In this document: positions 8,374 to 17,451 of the stretch, in pieces
Layout: every line of letters starts with the position of its first letter
Numbering within the stretch: position 1 is the first letter of the stretch
Source of the DNA: Candidatus Heimdallarchaeota archaeon B3_Heim
Lineage (GTDB): Archaea; Asgardarchaeota; Heimdallarchaeia; Hodarchaeales; Hodarchaeaceae
NCBI GenBank assembly: GCA_003144275.1
Contig: NJBF01000019.1
Location: 44,907-76,906 of the forward strand
Reading direction: 5' to 3'
Length of the DNA stretch: 32,000 bases
Notes under the pieces: model-generated
Told to the model about the DNA's origin: nothing
Databases searched by the model: none
The model's input: only the letters and a program-made list of their open reading frames with translations
Position numbers and translations under genes: made by a program

Positions 8374-9459
8374 ATGCCACCCCGCAAGAAAAAATCAAAC
8401 AATGCTAAGAATGAAATTGTTGAGGAAGAAGGTGTGTTGGAAAGTGCAATATCAGAAAATTCCACCTCTGTTCCTAATGTAGCTACTAATAAAGAAGCAT
8501 CAACTGGGAATATTGATGAACTTCCAGGTATTGGCCCTGCAACCGCAAAGAAATTGAGGGAATCAGGCTTTGGAACATTGGAATCGCTCGCTACGGTGAG
8601 TATTGGTCAATTAGTTGCAGTAGGTAATCTTGGAGAAGCTACTTCAAGTAAAATTATCCAAGCAGCGAGAGATGCACTTAATTTTGGTTTCGTTTCTGCA
8701 GATGAAATATTAGAACGTCGACGAAACATGTTAAAGATTACTACCGGTTCAGCATCGCTGGACGACCTATTTGGTGGTGGAATTGAAACTAGTGCAGTTA
8801 CTGAACTTTATGGGGAATTTCGGACTGGAAAAACGCAATTAGCTCATCAATTATGCGTTGCTGCACAGCTACCCCGTGAATTAGGTGGATTACGTGTTGA
8901 TGGACCAATTAAAGTAATTTATATCGATACTGAAGGTACTTTTCGGCCTGAACGTATTCTAAATATGACTAAGAGATGGGAAGGTGATTTGGATGTCAAA
9001 CAGGTCTTAAAAAACATTATGCATGGCCGTGCATATAATAGTGACCATCAAATGGTTCTAGCTGAAAAAGCAGCTCAAGATAGTCAAACAGAGCCAATCG
9101 GATTGGTCATAGTTGACTCATTAATTGCACATTTTCGTGCGGAATATATTGGCCGAGGAACATTGGCGAGTAGACAACAAAAATTGAACCAACACATCCA
9201 TACTTTACTTAAAATGGCCGAAGTCGGAAATATGGCCGTCATTCTCACTAATCAAGTCCATTCTAAACCAGATATGTTTTTTGGTGATCCAACTTTGCCT
9301 GTTGGTGGACATATTGTAGCTCATGCAAGTCAGACTCGTGTTTACCTTCGAAAATCCAAGGGTGAACGCCGGATTGCTCGAATTGCCGATTCACCTCTTT
9401 TACCTGAAAATGAAACAGTATTCGCTATCACTGGCGATGGTATTATCGACGTGAACTAG
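8374..9459 (+). CDS. radA: DNA repair and recombination protein RadA
   Basis: HhH N-terminal domain (IDELPGIGPATAKKL), FVSA polymerisation motif, GEFRTGKTQLAHQL, YIDTEGTFRPERI, Walker B IVDSLIAHFRAEY, GRGTLASRQQKL, TNQV and GGHIVAHAS. Confidence 0.97.
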   Translation: MPPRKKKSNNAKNEIVEEEGVLESAISENSTSVPNVATNKEASTGNIDELPGIGPATAKKLRESGFGTLESLATVSIGQLVAVGNLGEATSSKIIQAARDALNFGFVSADEILERRRNMLKITTGSASLDDLFGGGIETSAVTELYGEFRTGKTQLAHQLCVAAQLPRELGGLRVDGPIKVIYIDTEGTFRPERILNMTKRWEGDLDVKQVLKNIMHGRAYNSDHQMVLAEKAAQDSQTEPIGLVIVDSLIAHFRAEYIGRGTLASRQQKLNQHIHTLLKMAEVGNMAVILTNQVHSKPDMFFGDPTLPVGGHIVAHASQTRVYLRKSKGERRIARIADSPLLPENETVFAITGDGIIDVN

Positions 9460-9468
9460 CTATTTCTC

Positions 9469-9514
9469 GGTTTTTAGGGAGGCATCAAGTTTCCTTAAAA
9501 ACCACCTTTTCTTT
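9469..9514 (+). terminator. Hairpin plus T-tract downstream of radA
   Basis: GGTTTTTAGGGA (9469-9480) pairs with TCCTTAAAAACC (9492-9503) with one G-U pair, followed by TTTTCTTT (9507-9514). Confidence 0.55.
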
Positions 9515-9746
9515 CTGAATCAGGCGTTGCCTGTCCCTATTATGACCTTTATTTGAATATTGAGGTCAATACGTCTTGAGAGAAAGGTTTGAACGATTTT
9601 TCACATACTTCCATAACACCCGGTGTACCATACCGAGTGTATATTGTGGACTCCAGAAAACCGAAGTGCGCATTCTTCTTTCGGAATCCTTAAATTTACG
9701 TTGTTTTGGGAGTAATAAATTGAAAAGAATAAACTGAAGTGAGTTA

Positions 9747-10448
9747 ATGCAGTTGCATCCAAAAAGTATGTTGAGTTTGTTGTGCGTTATATTGATGCTA
9801 AACACACCGTTCATAACGATGGTTAAATCTGTAGAATTAGAATATACTATTAGCTCGGGAGATTCCTTTACTTATCAATTTTTAAACTCCACAGTTCCAG
9901 AAGGTATATCGATGACGAACCTTACAGGAACATATACTTCACTTCTTGCTATAGGGTCAAATATGACCATTACTATTACAGAAGTTACGGACTTATCTTG
10001 TAAAGTGATTAAGAGTTATGAAGTAATTGATATTGAAGGTAGCATTGTATTTACTATTCCTCGGATGTAATATCACCTAATTCGACCTACAATTGATAAT
10101 AAATCATATTGGCTAGAAATTATGGAAGTAGAATCTCCAGATTGGAATATGTCGCTACTAGGGGACTATATTACTTATACTCAAGATTATTCTAATGCAG
10201 CAAGTTGGCCTAAATATCAAGAAGAAAAATGGAACTGGAAGACAGGAATATTGGACTATTATTATAAACGGATAGCATTTACTCAAGGTGGATATCTAAA
10301 CAGTCCAACTGTGACGGAATATCAGCTACGTAGAACAAGTCTTACTTCAGAATCTTCGAAGACAAACATCTCGTATGGGTTAATGGGGACTATCTCAGGA
10401 ATTGTTCTACTCATATTATGGAAGAGAAATAGAATGAAATCTGGATAA
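9747..10448 (+). pseudogene. Secreted, C-terminally anchored protein interrupted by one in-frame TAA (10068-10070)
   Basis: ORFs 9747..10070 and 10122..10448 share a frame and the stretch between them is open (YHLIRPTIDNKSYWLEI). The first part has a signal-like N-terminus; the second ends in a TM helix plus WKRNRMK. Confidence 0.7.
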
Positions 10449-10450
10449 TT

Positions 10451-10981
10451 ATGGCAAGAAACTCCCCCTCATTTCTTATTACAGGCCCTCATAAGGCAGG
10501 AAAATCTACCCTGTGCTTAGATATTTTGAATCATGTTCAAACGCGTGAACTCTCTACTGGTGGGGTTATTACACTCCAAAACAATGTAAGATGGTTTTAC
10601 CTAATTCAAAGCAAAAAGAAAGTGTTATTTGAGGCCAGAAATCACGAATCATCGGTTTCAATTGGGAAATTTCGTATTAGTGAGGAAAATTTACAGCTTG
10701 CTCTGCAACACATTGCACAAGGACTGGATTGTGAATACCTCTTCATCGATGAAATTGGCATTCTGGAGATGAGTGGAAAAGGATATTTTCCTGTACTTGA
10801 AACGGCCCTTACTCGACCTCAGGGGAATATAATAGTTATTCGTGAATCGATCTTTGATAATTTTCTATCTGAATTTAGTTTAAAATTCGATTACGAAGTG
10901 CTTCGATGTAGTTTTGGTAAGAACAAGTCTCTCTTGAACCAAGTGAAAAGAAAAATAGATAAGAATTTTCAGGAGAAGTAG
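10451..10981 (+). CDS. Nucleoside-triphosphatase, THEP1/NTPase_1 family
   Basis: Walker A ITGPHKAGKST, TGGVIT, SIGKFRI and Walker B LFIDEIGILEM. Confidence 0.85.
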   Translation: MARNSPSFLITGPHKAGKSTLCLDILNHVQTRELSTGGVITLQNNVRWFYLIQSKKKVLFEARNHESSVSIGKFRISEENLQLALQHIAQGLDCEYLFIDEIGILEMSGKGYFPVLETALTRPQGNIIVIRESIFDNFLSEFSLKFDYEVLRCSFGKNKSLLNQVKRKIDKNFQEK

Positions 10982-11061
10982 ACTCACCAGTTGTAAACCT
11001 TTACAAAATTGTTTAATAAGAATTTAATCTTCTAAAATCCCAGTTATGGAGTCCATTCCCT

Positions 11062-12576
11062 TTGGTCACAGAAAAATACATAGGTGCTATTGATCAGGGT
11101 ACCACAGGCACAAGATTCATGATTTTTGATCACGAAAGTAATTTGATTAGTTCGCACTACAAAGAACATCAACAAATCTTTCCTAAACCTGGGTGGGTAG
11201 AGCACGATCCTCTGGAAATATGGAAAAATACGGATTTTGTTATACAAAAAGCCCTGCAATCTGCTAAGTTATCTATTGATGATTTAAAGGCCATTGGTAT
11301 TACAAATCAGCGAGAAACGACAGTTGTTTGGAATAAAAATTCTGGAAACCCGATTTGTAATGCCATCGTCTGGCAGTGTACTCGTACTAATGACATCTGT
11401 GAATCGTTAAAGAGGGAAGGATTAGAAGATGAGATCAAAGCTCGAACTGGTTTAGTTACAGCAACTTACTTTTCGGGCCCCAAAATTCAATGGATCTTAG
11501 ATAATGTAAGTAAATCACGCTCAAAAGTTACAAATCAACAGCTTCTTTTTGGTAATATTGATACATGGATTCTATGGAATTTAACTGGAGGGATTAAAGG
11601 TGGAGTTCATGTCACAGATTTTTCAAATGCATCTCGTACAATGTTGATGAATTTAAAAACATTAAAATGGGATGATGAGCTATTAGAAATTTTAAAAGTT
11701 CCTCGATCTATGTTACCTGATATTCGTCCTTCTAGCGATTCAAATATTTATGGATACGTATGGAAAGCCGAAGGAGAAGGTCCCCCGATATGTGGTGACT
11801 TAGGAGATCAACAAGCAGCCTTGTTTGGGCAAACTTGTTTTGAAAAGGGAAATGCAAAGAACACGTACGGAACTGGTAACTTCCTTCTTATGAATACTGG
11901 AAAAAATATAGTTCAATCGAAATCAGGATTAATTACAACGGTTGGTTATGGAATTGGTAACGAAATCACCTATGCGTTGGAAGGAAGCATTGCGATAAGT
12001 GGAGCAGCTGTACAATGGTTAAGGGATCAATTAGGTTTTTTTTCAACAGCTAAGGAATCTGAGGAATTAGCATCTTCGGTTCAAGATAATGGAGGAGTGT
12101 ATTTTGTTCCCGCATTTGTTGGACTATTTTCCCCCCATTGGGATATAACTGCGCGTGGAACAGTAGTGGGACTAACTAGAGGAAGTAACAAAGCACATAT
12201 CACCCGTGCTGTATTGGAATCTATCGCATTTCAATCTGTAGATGTTTTCAATGCCATGGAAGTAGATAGTAAAGTTAAGTTGTCTAATTTAAGAGTAGAT
12301 GGAGGAGCATCAAAGAATAGCTTGTTGATGCAATTTCAAGCGGATATTTTGGGGATTGAATGTATTCGACCAAGAATTGAGGAAACCACAGCTTTAGGAG
12401 CCGCATACGCAGCGGGGTTAGCTGTAGAATACTGGCAGGATTTAAAGGAGCTAGAGGAAACATGGGCTGTTGATAGGATTTTTAAGCCGAGAATGAGTGA
12501 GGATGAACGTAAAAAACACCTTCACTATTGGAATAAGGCGGTAACGAAAGCCAAAGCATGGGTAGATCCTAGTTAG
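11062..12576 (+). CDS. glpK: Glycerol kinase
   Basis: GAIDQGTTGTR, PGWVEHDP, GITNQRETT, NAIVWQCTRT, YFSGPKIQW, TDFSNASRT, GDQQAALFGQ, KNTYGTG, YALEGS and LRVDGGAS. Confidence 0.97.
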   Translation: MVTEKYIGAIDQGTTGTRFMIFDHESNLISSHYKEHQQIFPKPGWVEHDPLEIWKNTDFVIQKALQSAKLSIDDLKAIGITNQRETTVVWNKNSGNPICNAIVWQCTRTNDICESLKREGLEDEIKARTGLVTATYFSGPKIQWILDNVSKSRSKVTNQQLLFGNIDTWILWNLTGGIKGGVHVTDFSNASRTMLMNLKTLKWDDELLEILKVPRSMLPDIRPSSDSNIYGYVWKAEGEGPPICGDLGDQQAALFGQTCFEKGNAKNTYGTGNFLLMNTGKNIVQSKSGLITTVGYGIGNEITYALEGSIAISGAAVQWLRDQLGFFSTAKESEELASSVQDNGGVYFVPAFVGLFSPHWDITARGTVVGLTRGSNKAHITRAVLESIAFQSVDVFNAMEVDSKVKLSNLRVDGGASKNSLLMQFQADILGIECIRPRIEETTALGAAYAAGLAVEYWQDLKELEETWAVDRIFKPRMSEDERKKHLHYWNKAVTKAKAWVDPS

Positions 12577-13303
12577 AAGGGACTTCGACAGCTTCGGCTA
12601 ATTCGATTACCGAATTAAATATCTTAGAGGGATTAGTTAATTTTAATATTTTTGAGGAGGCATAACCCGTTGTTAATCCAATTGTTGTGATACCAAGATT
12701 ATTACCGGCAAGAATATCCCCTCCTAGATCACCAACAATTGCGCACAAATATTTCTGTTCTACAAGGTCAAATGATCTGATGAATTTTTCAATTCCCGCC
12801 TCCTTCGATTTTCCAAATTCTCCCTTAGCCAGAATATTTCTTTCTGGTATTATGTTACTGTTTTGAAAGTATTTAAATAAGAAAGTTAAGATTTTTTTAC
12901 GAGAAGTATAACTAATAATCCCAATTTGAACTCCTAGTTCCTTCAGTTTAATTATCCCTTTAGTTGTCCCCTCTGTTGGTTTCGCAGAAGAGAAATACTT
13001 CGAATGATTCTGTGAAAGATACCAAATTGCCTTTAGAGATCGAATAATACCAAATCCCATTTTTCGGGAAACTTGGTAGGAAGCCTTTATAATTTTCCAT
13101 CTCACATTAGCATCTCCAGGTACTAATTTAGCCTCGATTATCTCACTCGCTAAGGAAATTGTTTTGATATGGTCTGTACCAAGATAATCAGCAATTAGTC
13201 CGAAATAAAATGATTTTGTGTCAACCAATGTGCCATCGAAATCAAAAAGTATAGCTTTAAGTGATACAGGAGTTGAGTTAGACATATGATTCGATTCCAT
13301 CAA
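12569..13303 (-). CDS. HAD-superfamily hydrolase (phosphoglycolate-phosphatase-like)
   Basis: Motif I LFDFDGTLVDT, motif II IISYTS and motif IV VGDLGGDILAG. Start may be a few codons downstream. Confidence 0.85.
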   Translation of the reverse strand: MMESNHMSNSTPVSLKAILFDFDGTLVDTKSFYFGLIADYLGTDHIKTISLASEIIEAKLVPGDANVRWKIIKASYQVSRKMGFGIIRSLKAIWYLSQNHSKYFSSAKPTEGTTKGIIKLKELGVQIGIISYTSRKKILTFLFKYFQNSNIIPERNILAKGEFGKSKEAGIEKFIRSFDLVEQKYLCAIVGDLGGDILAGNNLGITTIGLTTGYASSKILKLTNPSKIFNSVIELAEAVEVPSN

Positions 13304-13337
13304 CTAGTTTGATAATAAGCTGGTAAGGAAAAGCTGT

Positions 13338-13349
13338 TTTTCATGAAAA
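13338..13349. promoter_or_regulatory. 12-bp palindrome in the divergent HAD/amidohydrolase intergenic region
   Basis: TTTTCATGAAAA is a perfect palindrome; its function is not established. Confidence 0.25.
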
Positions 13350-13517
13350 CCGTTTATTATCTTCCACATAGAGCAATTTTTTGTGTGATCTTAAAGGTTG
13401 GTGTCTTTTAGTTTTATTAATCATTTCTGAGATCTGTTTTGTTACTAAAACTTCAACTCAATTATACCCTTTAAAAAAACATCAAGTTTATTGCATTGAT
13501 GAGAAAATGGCAAAAAC

Positions 13518-14474
13518 ATGCAGTTTGATTTTTCTAATCTACTAAATGGACTATCAAAGCTTCATACGAAGATTTGGGATTCTCATGTTCACATATGGAG
13601 CGCTGATGCCTTTGAACCATTGTTAAAGATTGGTAGGAAATATGGTGTGCATCATTTCATGGGGATCGCTGCGCCTGATGTAAAAAAAACTTTAGAAGAG
13701 GATGGACACGACGATCTTATCACGTTTGCCTATTATCTCCCGATTGATGCATTTGCCAAACATGAACCAGAGAGGATACTCACTGCTATTGAAGAAGCGC
13801 ACTCGGAAAATTACTCAATGGTTAAGGTATGGTTTGGTCCTAGATTCCTTGATTTTTTTGAAGCAGATAAACCATTTTCTCTTAATCTCCCAATTTTCGA
13901 TCCAGCTTTTACATTAATTGAAGATTACCACATTCCAATGGATATTCATGTTGCTGATCCAGACATCTGGTATATCACAAAATACCAAGACGTGGAGCGA
14001 TATAGATCAAAAGAGCAGGCATTGAACGAGTTTCGAGAAGTAATGAGAAATCATTTGTCTTTGAAATTAATTAGTGTTCATTTTCATAGTCTCCCAGAGA
14101 ATTTAAAACAAGTTACTCAGGATTTATATGATTTTCCAAACCTCTACATTGACACGGCCTCAACCAAATGGATGATTAGGGAACTAGGGAATAATATCGA
14201 GCGTACAAAGGAATTCTTTGAACAACATTACAAAAGGATACTTTTTGCAACAGATATTTCCGTTGGATGGGAAGACCGAGACGAAAAATATCTAGCTACT
14301 CGTTATTGGGCACAGAGGTTATTCTGGGAAAGTAACCACCAAAAAATTGAACTTCCTTTTCCTGATGAGGATAATCCAAATTCCCCGACATACATTAATG
14401 GCTTGAATCTTTCAGATAAGATCTTGGAACATTTTTACTGGAAGAATGCCGAAAAATTCTTTAATTTAAGCTGA
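13518..14474 (+). CDS. Amidohydrolase family 2-like TIM-barrel metallohydrolase
   Basis: DSHVH near the N-terminus, VKVW, MDIHVADP, SVHF, LYIDTAS and RILFATD. Confidence 0.8.
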   Translation: MQFDFSNLLNGLSKLHTKIWDSHVHIWSADAFEPLLKIGRKYGVHHFMGIAAPDVKKTLEEDGHDDLITFAYYLPIDAFAKHEPERILTAIEEAHSENYSMVKVWFGPRFLDFFEADKPFSLNLPIFDPAFTLIEDYHIPMDIHVADPDIWYITKYQDVERYRSKEQALNEFREVMRNHLSLKLISVHFHSLPENLKQVTQDLYDFPNLYIDTASTKWMIRELGNNIERTKEFFEQHYKRILFATDISVGWEDRDEKYLATRYWAQRLFWESNHQKIELPFPDEDNPNSPTYINGLNLSDKILEHFYWKNAEKFFNLS

Positions 14475-14479
14475 CAAAA

Positions 14480-15526
14480 GTGGTTAGAATTAGAATGACT
14501 AAAGGTTTTAATATTGTACAAATCGGTTTAGGTCCAATGGGTAAACTTATTACCAGTTTGCTAATTTCTCGTAAAAATATCAATCTTCTAGGGGTTGTAG
14601 ATATCGATCCTCAGCTTGAGGGTCAATTATTAAGTGATGTTTTGGAAAATTCATCAGCTCCTCAAATTAAAATCGAAAAGAGCTTCAAACCAATAGTGGC
14701 TAGTACCCAAGTTGACGTTGTTATCGTTGCCACGACATCCTCCTTAATAAGTGCTGCATCTACTATCAAAGAGATAGTCTTAGAGGGGGTTAATGTCATA
14801 TCTATCTGTGAAGAGCTTTCTTATCCATATATTAACCACCCAGAATTGTCACAGGAGTTAGACAAATTGGCAAAGGAAAAGGGGTGTACTATTGTTGGAA
14901 CGGGTATTAATCCAGGATATTTGATGGATCTATTACCAATAGTATTAACAGCTCCCTGTCAAGAAGTAGAAAAGATATCTATTACACGAATGATGAACTC
15001 ATCTAAAAGAAGGGAACCTTTTCAAAGAAAGATTGGTACGGGCTTGTCACCGAGTGAGTTTCAAGATAAAATTAAGAAAAAAGAAATAACTGGTCATGTA
15101 GGGTTAAAAGAATCAATTCAGATGATTATCGGAGCATTAGGTTTACCTTACGGAAGGACTGTAGAATCACTTCCAGAGCCCATACTTGCTACACAGGATT
15201 TTATGACTTCCTATGGTAAATTAATTCAAAAGGGGGATGTTTGCGGCTTAAAAAGTAACGCTACTCAAATAAATTTGGATAAAGGAGAAATTTTCATCTC
15301 AATGGATTTTATTGCCTTCGCTGGGGATCATGAAGAGTATGATAGTGTTAATATACAAGGAACGCCAAATATCAATCAAAAAATAATTGGAGGCGTACAT
15401 GGTGATCTTGGTACAGCAGCTATGGTCGTAAATTTAATTCCACAGACATGTAATTTCAGTGAAGGACTCTATACAATGAAAGATATTCCCGTTCCTCGTA
15501 ATACTAGCAATGTGTGGAAAGGATAA
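14480..15526 (+). CDS. 2,4-diaminopentanoate dehydrogenase (Ord)-like NAD(P)-dependent oxidoreductase
   Basis: Rossmann QIGLGPMG, GVNVISICEELSYP, GTGINPGYLMDLLP, FQRKIGTG, GHVGLKES and GGVHGDLGTAAMVVN. Start may be the ATG at 14495. Confidence 0.8.
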   Translation: MVRIRMTKGFNIVQIGLGPMGKLITSLLISRKNINLLGVVDIDPQLEGQLLSDVLENSSAPQIKIEKSFKPIVASTQVDVVIVATTSSLISAASTIKEIVLEGVNVISICEELSYPYINHPELSQELDKLAKEKGCTIVGTGINPGYLMDLLPIVLTAPCQEVEKISITRMMNSSKRREPFQRKIGTGLSPSEFQDKIKKKEITGHVGLKESIQMIIGALGLPYGRTVESLPEPILATQDFMTSYGKLIQKGDVCGLKSNATQINLDKGEIFISMDFIAFAGDHEEYDSVNIQGTPNINQKIIGGVHGDLGTAAMVVNLIPQTCNFSEGLYTMKDIPVPRNTSNVWKG

Positions 15527-15938
15527 TTAAAAATATTACAGAATTACTAATCTGATAGCAAATAATTTTACTACGGTATTTACATAAAAGTCTCATTGGA
15601 CTTCCAGATGGCTGAATGAAGTGATGCCTTTGGCAACCACGACTAAATTTGCCAGACAATACAGTGAAACTGCATTCTGGACAGGATGAGTCACACATCC
15701 GCTATCGGGAAAAAACTAGCTCTCCCCGAGAACTAGCTTTCAAGGGACTACTTGAAACACATCTAGTTTTGACATCTACAACATCAATAATTTTCAACAT
15801 ATTTGGGCCAATACTCTCTTGCCTTTGACGGGTAACTCGTCTAACGTAGTTACAAGAGATTATGACCTTGGAGCTAAGGAAGAATTTTTTTCATCACCTC
15901 AAGGTTGAAGATGTAAGGGAGGGAGACCTTTTAAGGTT

Positions 15939-17393
15939 GTGAAAGAGAGAGGTCAGCGAATACGAAAAAAATCACTTTATCGGACAAAAATGACCATGGA
16001 TGAATCGAATGAATCCAAATTACGAAAATATGGGTTAGAATTTATTAAGGATTTAGCGAAGGATAGAAAGATAGCAATTCAAACATTGGGAGTGTCATTC
16101 AGTGGATTCAAAAATGACCTACTGAACCGATCGAATATCATCACACGACATGAAGATCGAGTATATGTTGATTCATTGTTGAAATCACTTGATGACGATG
16201 TTAATAGGTCTATCGAGAGCCAATTAACACGTATTACAATGTCTTCATTTAATTGGATAAAAAATATGTTAATCCAAGATGTTACGTTCGATGACACAGG
16301 TGCAAACGAAAAATTCACCAAAGACGACCAAGAAAGGCTAAAAAATCAAACTAATGATCTATCCCGATTGAATCATTTAAATGAATCCTTACAAGAGCAA
16401 TTAAAGATTAAAGAGAAAGAGTACGGTGATATTGACGCAAAATTCGGCAGCTATCAGAAAGAAATGCAAAATCTTATAATTGAAGAGAAGACCAAGAATG
16501 AAAATTTATCATTTCAACTGGAAGAAGCTTTAAACGAATTGCGTGAAAAAACAAATAAATTAGACAATAAAGGTGAAAATTTCGTTACGTTAGAAGAGAA
16601 AAATGCCTCCTTACAAATGGAATTAATTGAAAAAACAGCTGAGATTTCACGATTAAACTCTTTTGCGGATTCTCAAGCATCAGAAGCCATGGAAACTTGG
16701 GCAAGCGCATATTCTGAACAACAGGAAGAATATCAGAAGCTTTTCTATGAGCAACAAGAAAAATACAAGTTTAAAGAAGAACAGTTCCAGGTCTCATTGA
16801 CTAAAGTTAAACACGAGTATGAAGAATCAGCTAAAACGCGTCTAAGAGAAAACACCAAACAATTCCAAGCAGAAATAGAAGAACTACAAGCTAAATTGGT
16901 AGAAGCTCAAACAAAGAAAGCTGATATCTCGAAAGAATTGCACTTTCAAATTACGGAATTATCTGCAAGAAATGCTTTACTGGAAGACAAAACAACAAAA
17001 ATGGATAAACAGATTCTGGAGTTATTAGAGCTAAATGACAATATATCCAAAAATATAACCGATTATATAATAGAAATAGATAAAGTAAACGCAGAGTTAG
17101 AAGAAGCTAAGAAGCGTGAATCGGATATTAAACAAACAAAAATTACAGCTCAAACTTTGAACAAGGTTAGAAATATTAATGATTATATTGAACAAGTTCT
17201 ATCCCTTTCTAACTATGCACCGATTACAATCCTTATTAGAATGAATGGGGAAATGAGCTTAGAGGCATTAGCCAAAAGTGTTGGTATGGACCCAATCGTT
17301 CTAGAAAACCAGCTTAAACCGTTACACCAGCGTGATTTAATCGATTTAAAACATGATGGACGAGTTGTTGCCAACATACCCACCTCTGATTGA
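15939..17393 (+). CDS. Long coiled-coil protein with C-terminal winged-helix domain
   Basis: About 280 aa of E/K/Q/L heptad-rich sequence, then a wHTH-like tail (GEMSLEALAKSVGMDPIVLENQLKPLHQRDLIDLKHDGRVVA). The real start is probably ATG 15990 or 15996. Confidence 0.75.
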   Translation: MKERGQRIRKKSLYRTKMTMDESNESKLRKYGLEFIKDLAKDRKIAIQTLGVSFSGFKNDLLNRSNIITRHEDRVYVDSLLKSLDDDVNRSIESQLTRITMSSFNWIKNMLIQDVTFDDTGANEKFTKDDQERLKNQTNDLSRLNHLNESLQEQLKIKEKEYGDIDAKFGSYQKEMQNLIIEEKTKNENLSFQLEEALNELREKTNKLDNKGENFVTLEEKNASLQMELIEKTAEISRLNSFADSQASEAMETWASAYSEQQEEYQKLFYEQQEKYKFKEEQFQVSLTKVKHEYEESAKTRLRENTKQFQAEIEELQAKLVEAQTKKADISKELHFQITELSARNALLEDKTTKMDKQILELLELNDNISKNITDYIIEIDKVNAELEEAKKRESDIKQTKITAQTLNKVRNINDYIEQVLSLSNYAPITILIRMNGEMSLEALAKSVGMDPIVLENQLKPLHQRDLIDLKHDGRVVANIPTSD

Positions 17394-17451
17394 TCCACTA
17401 TAGATACAAGACCCAAAAATTGTATTTAGCAGACAATTGTATTTTATAGAA

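Noticed and set aside
10068-10070. Selenocysteine or pyrrolysine recoding
   Set aside because: The codon is TAA, not TGA or TAG.
15939-17393. SMC/Rad50 assignment
   Set aside because: No Walker A/B, signature motif, hinge or CxxC hook.
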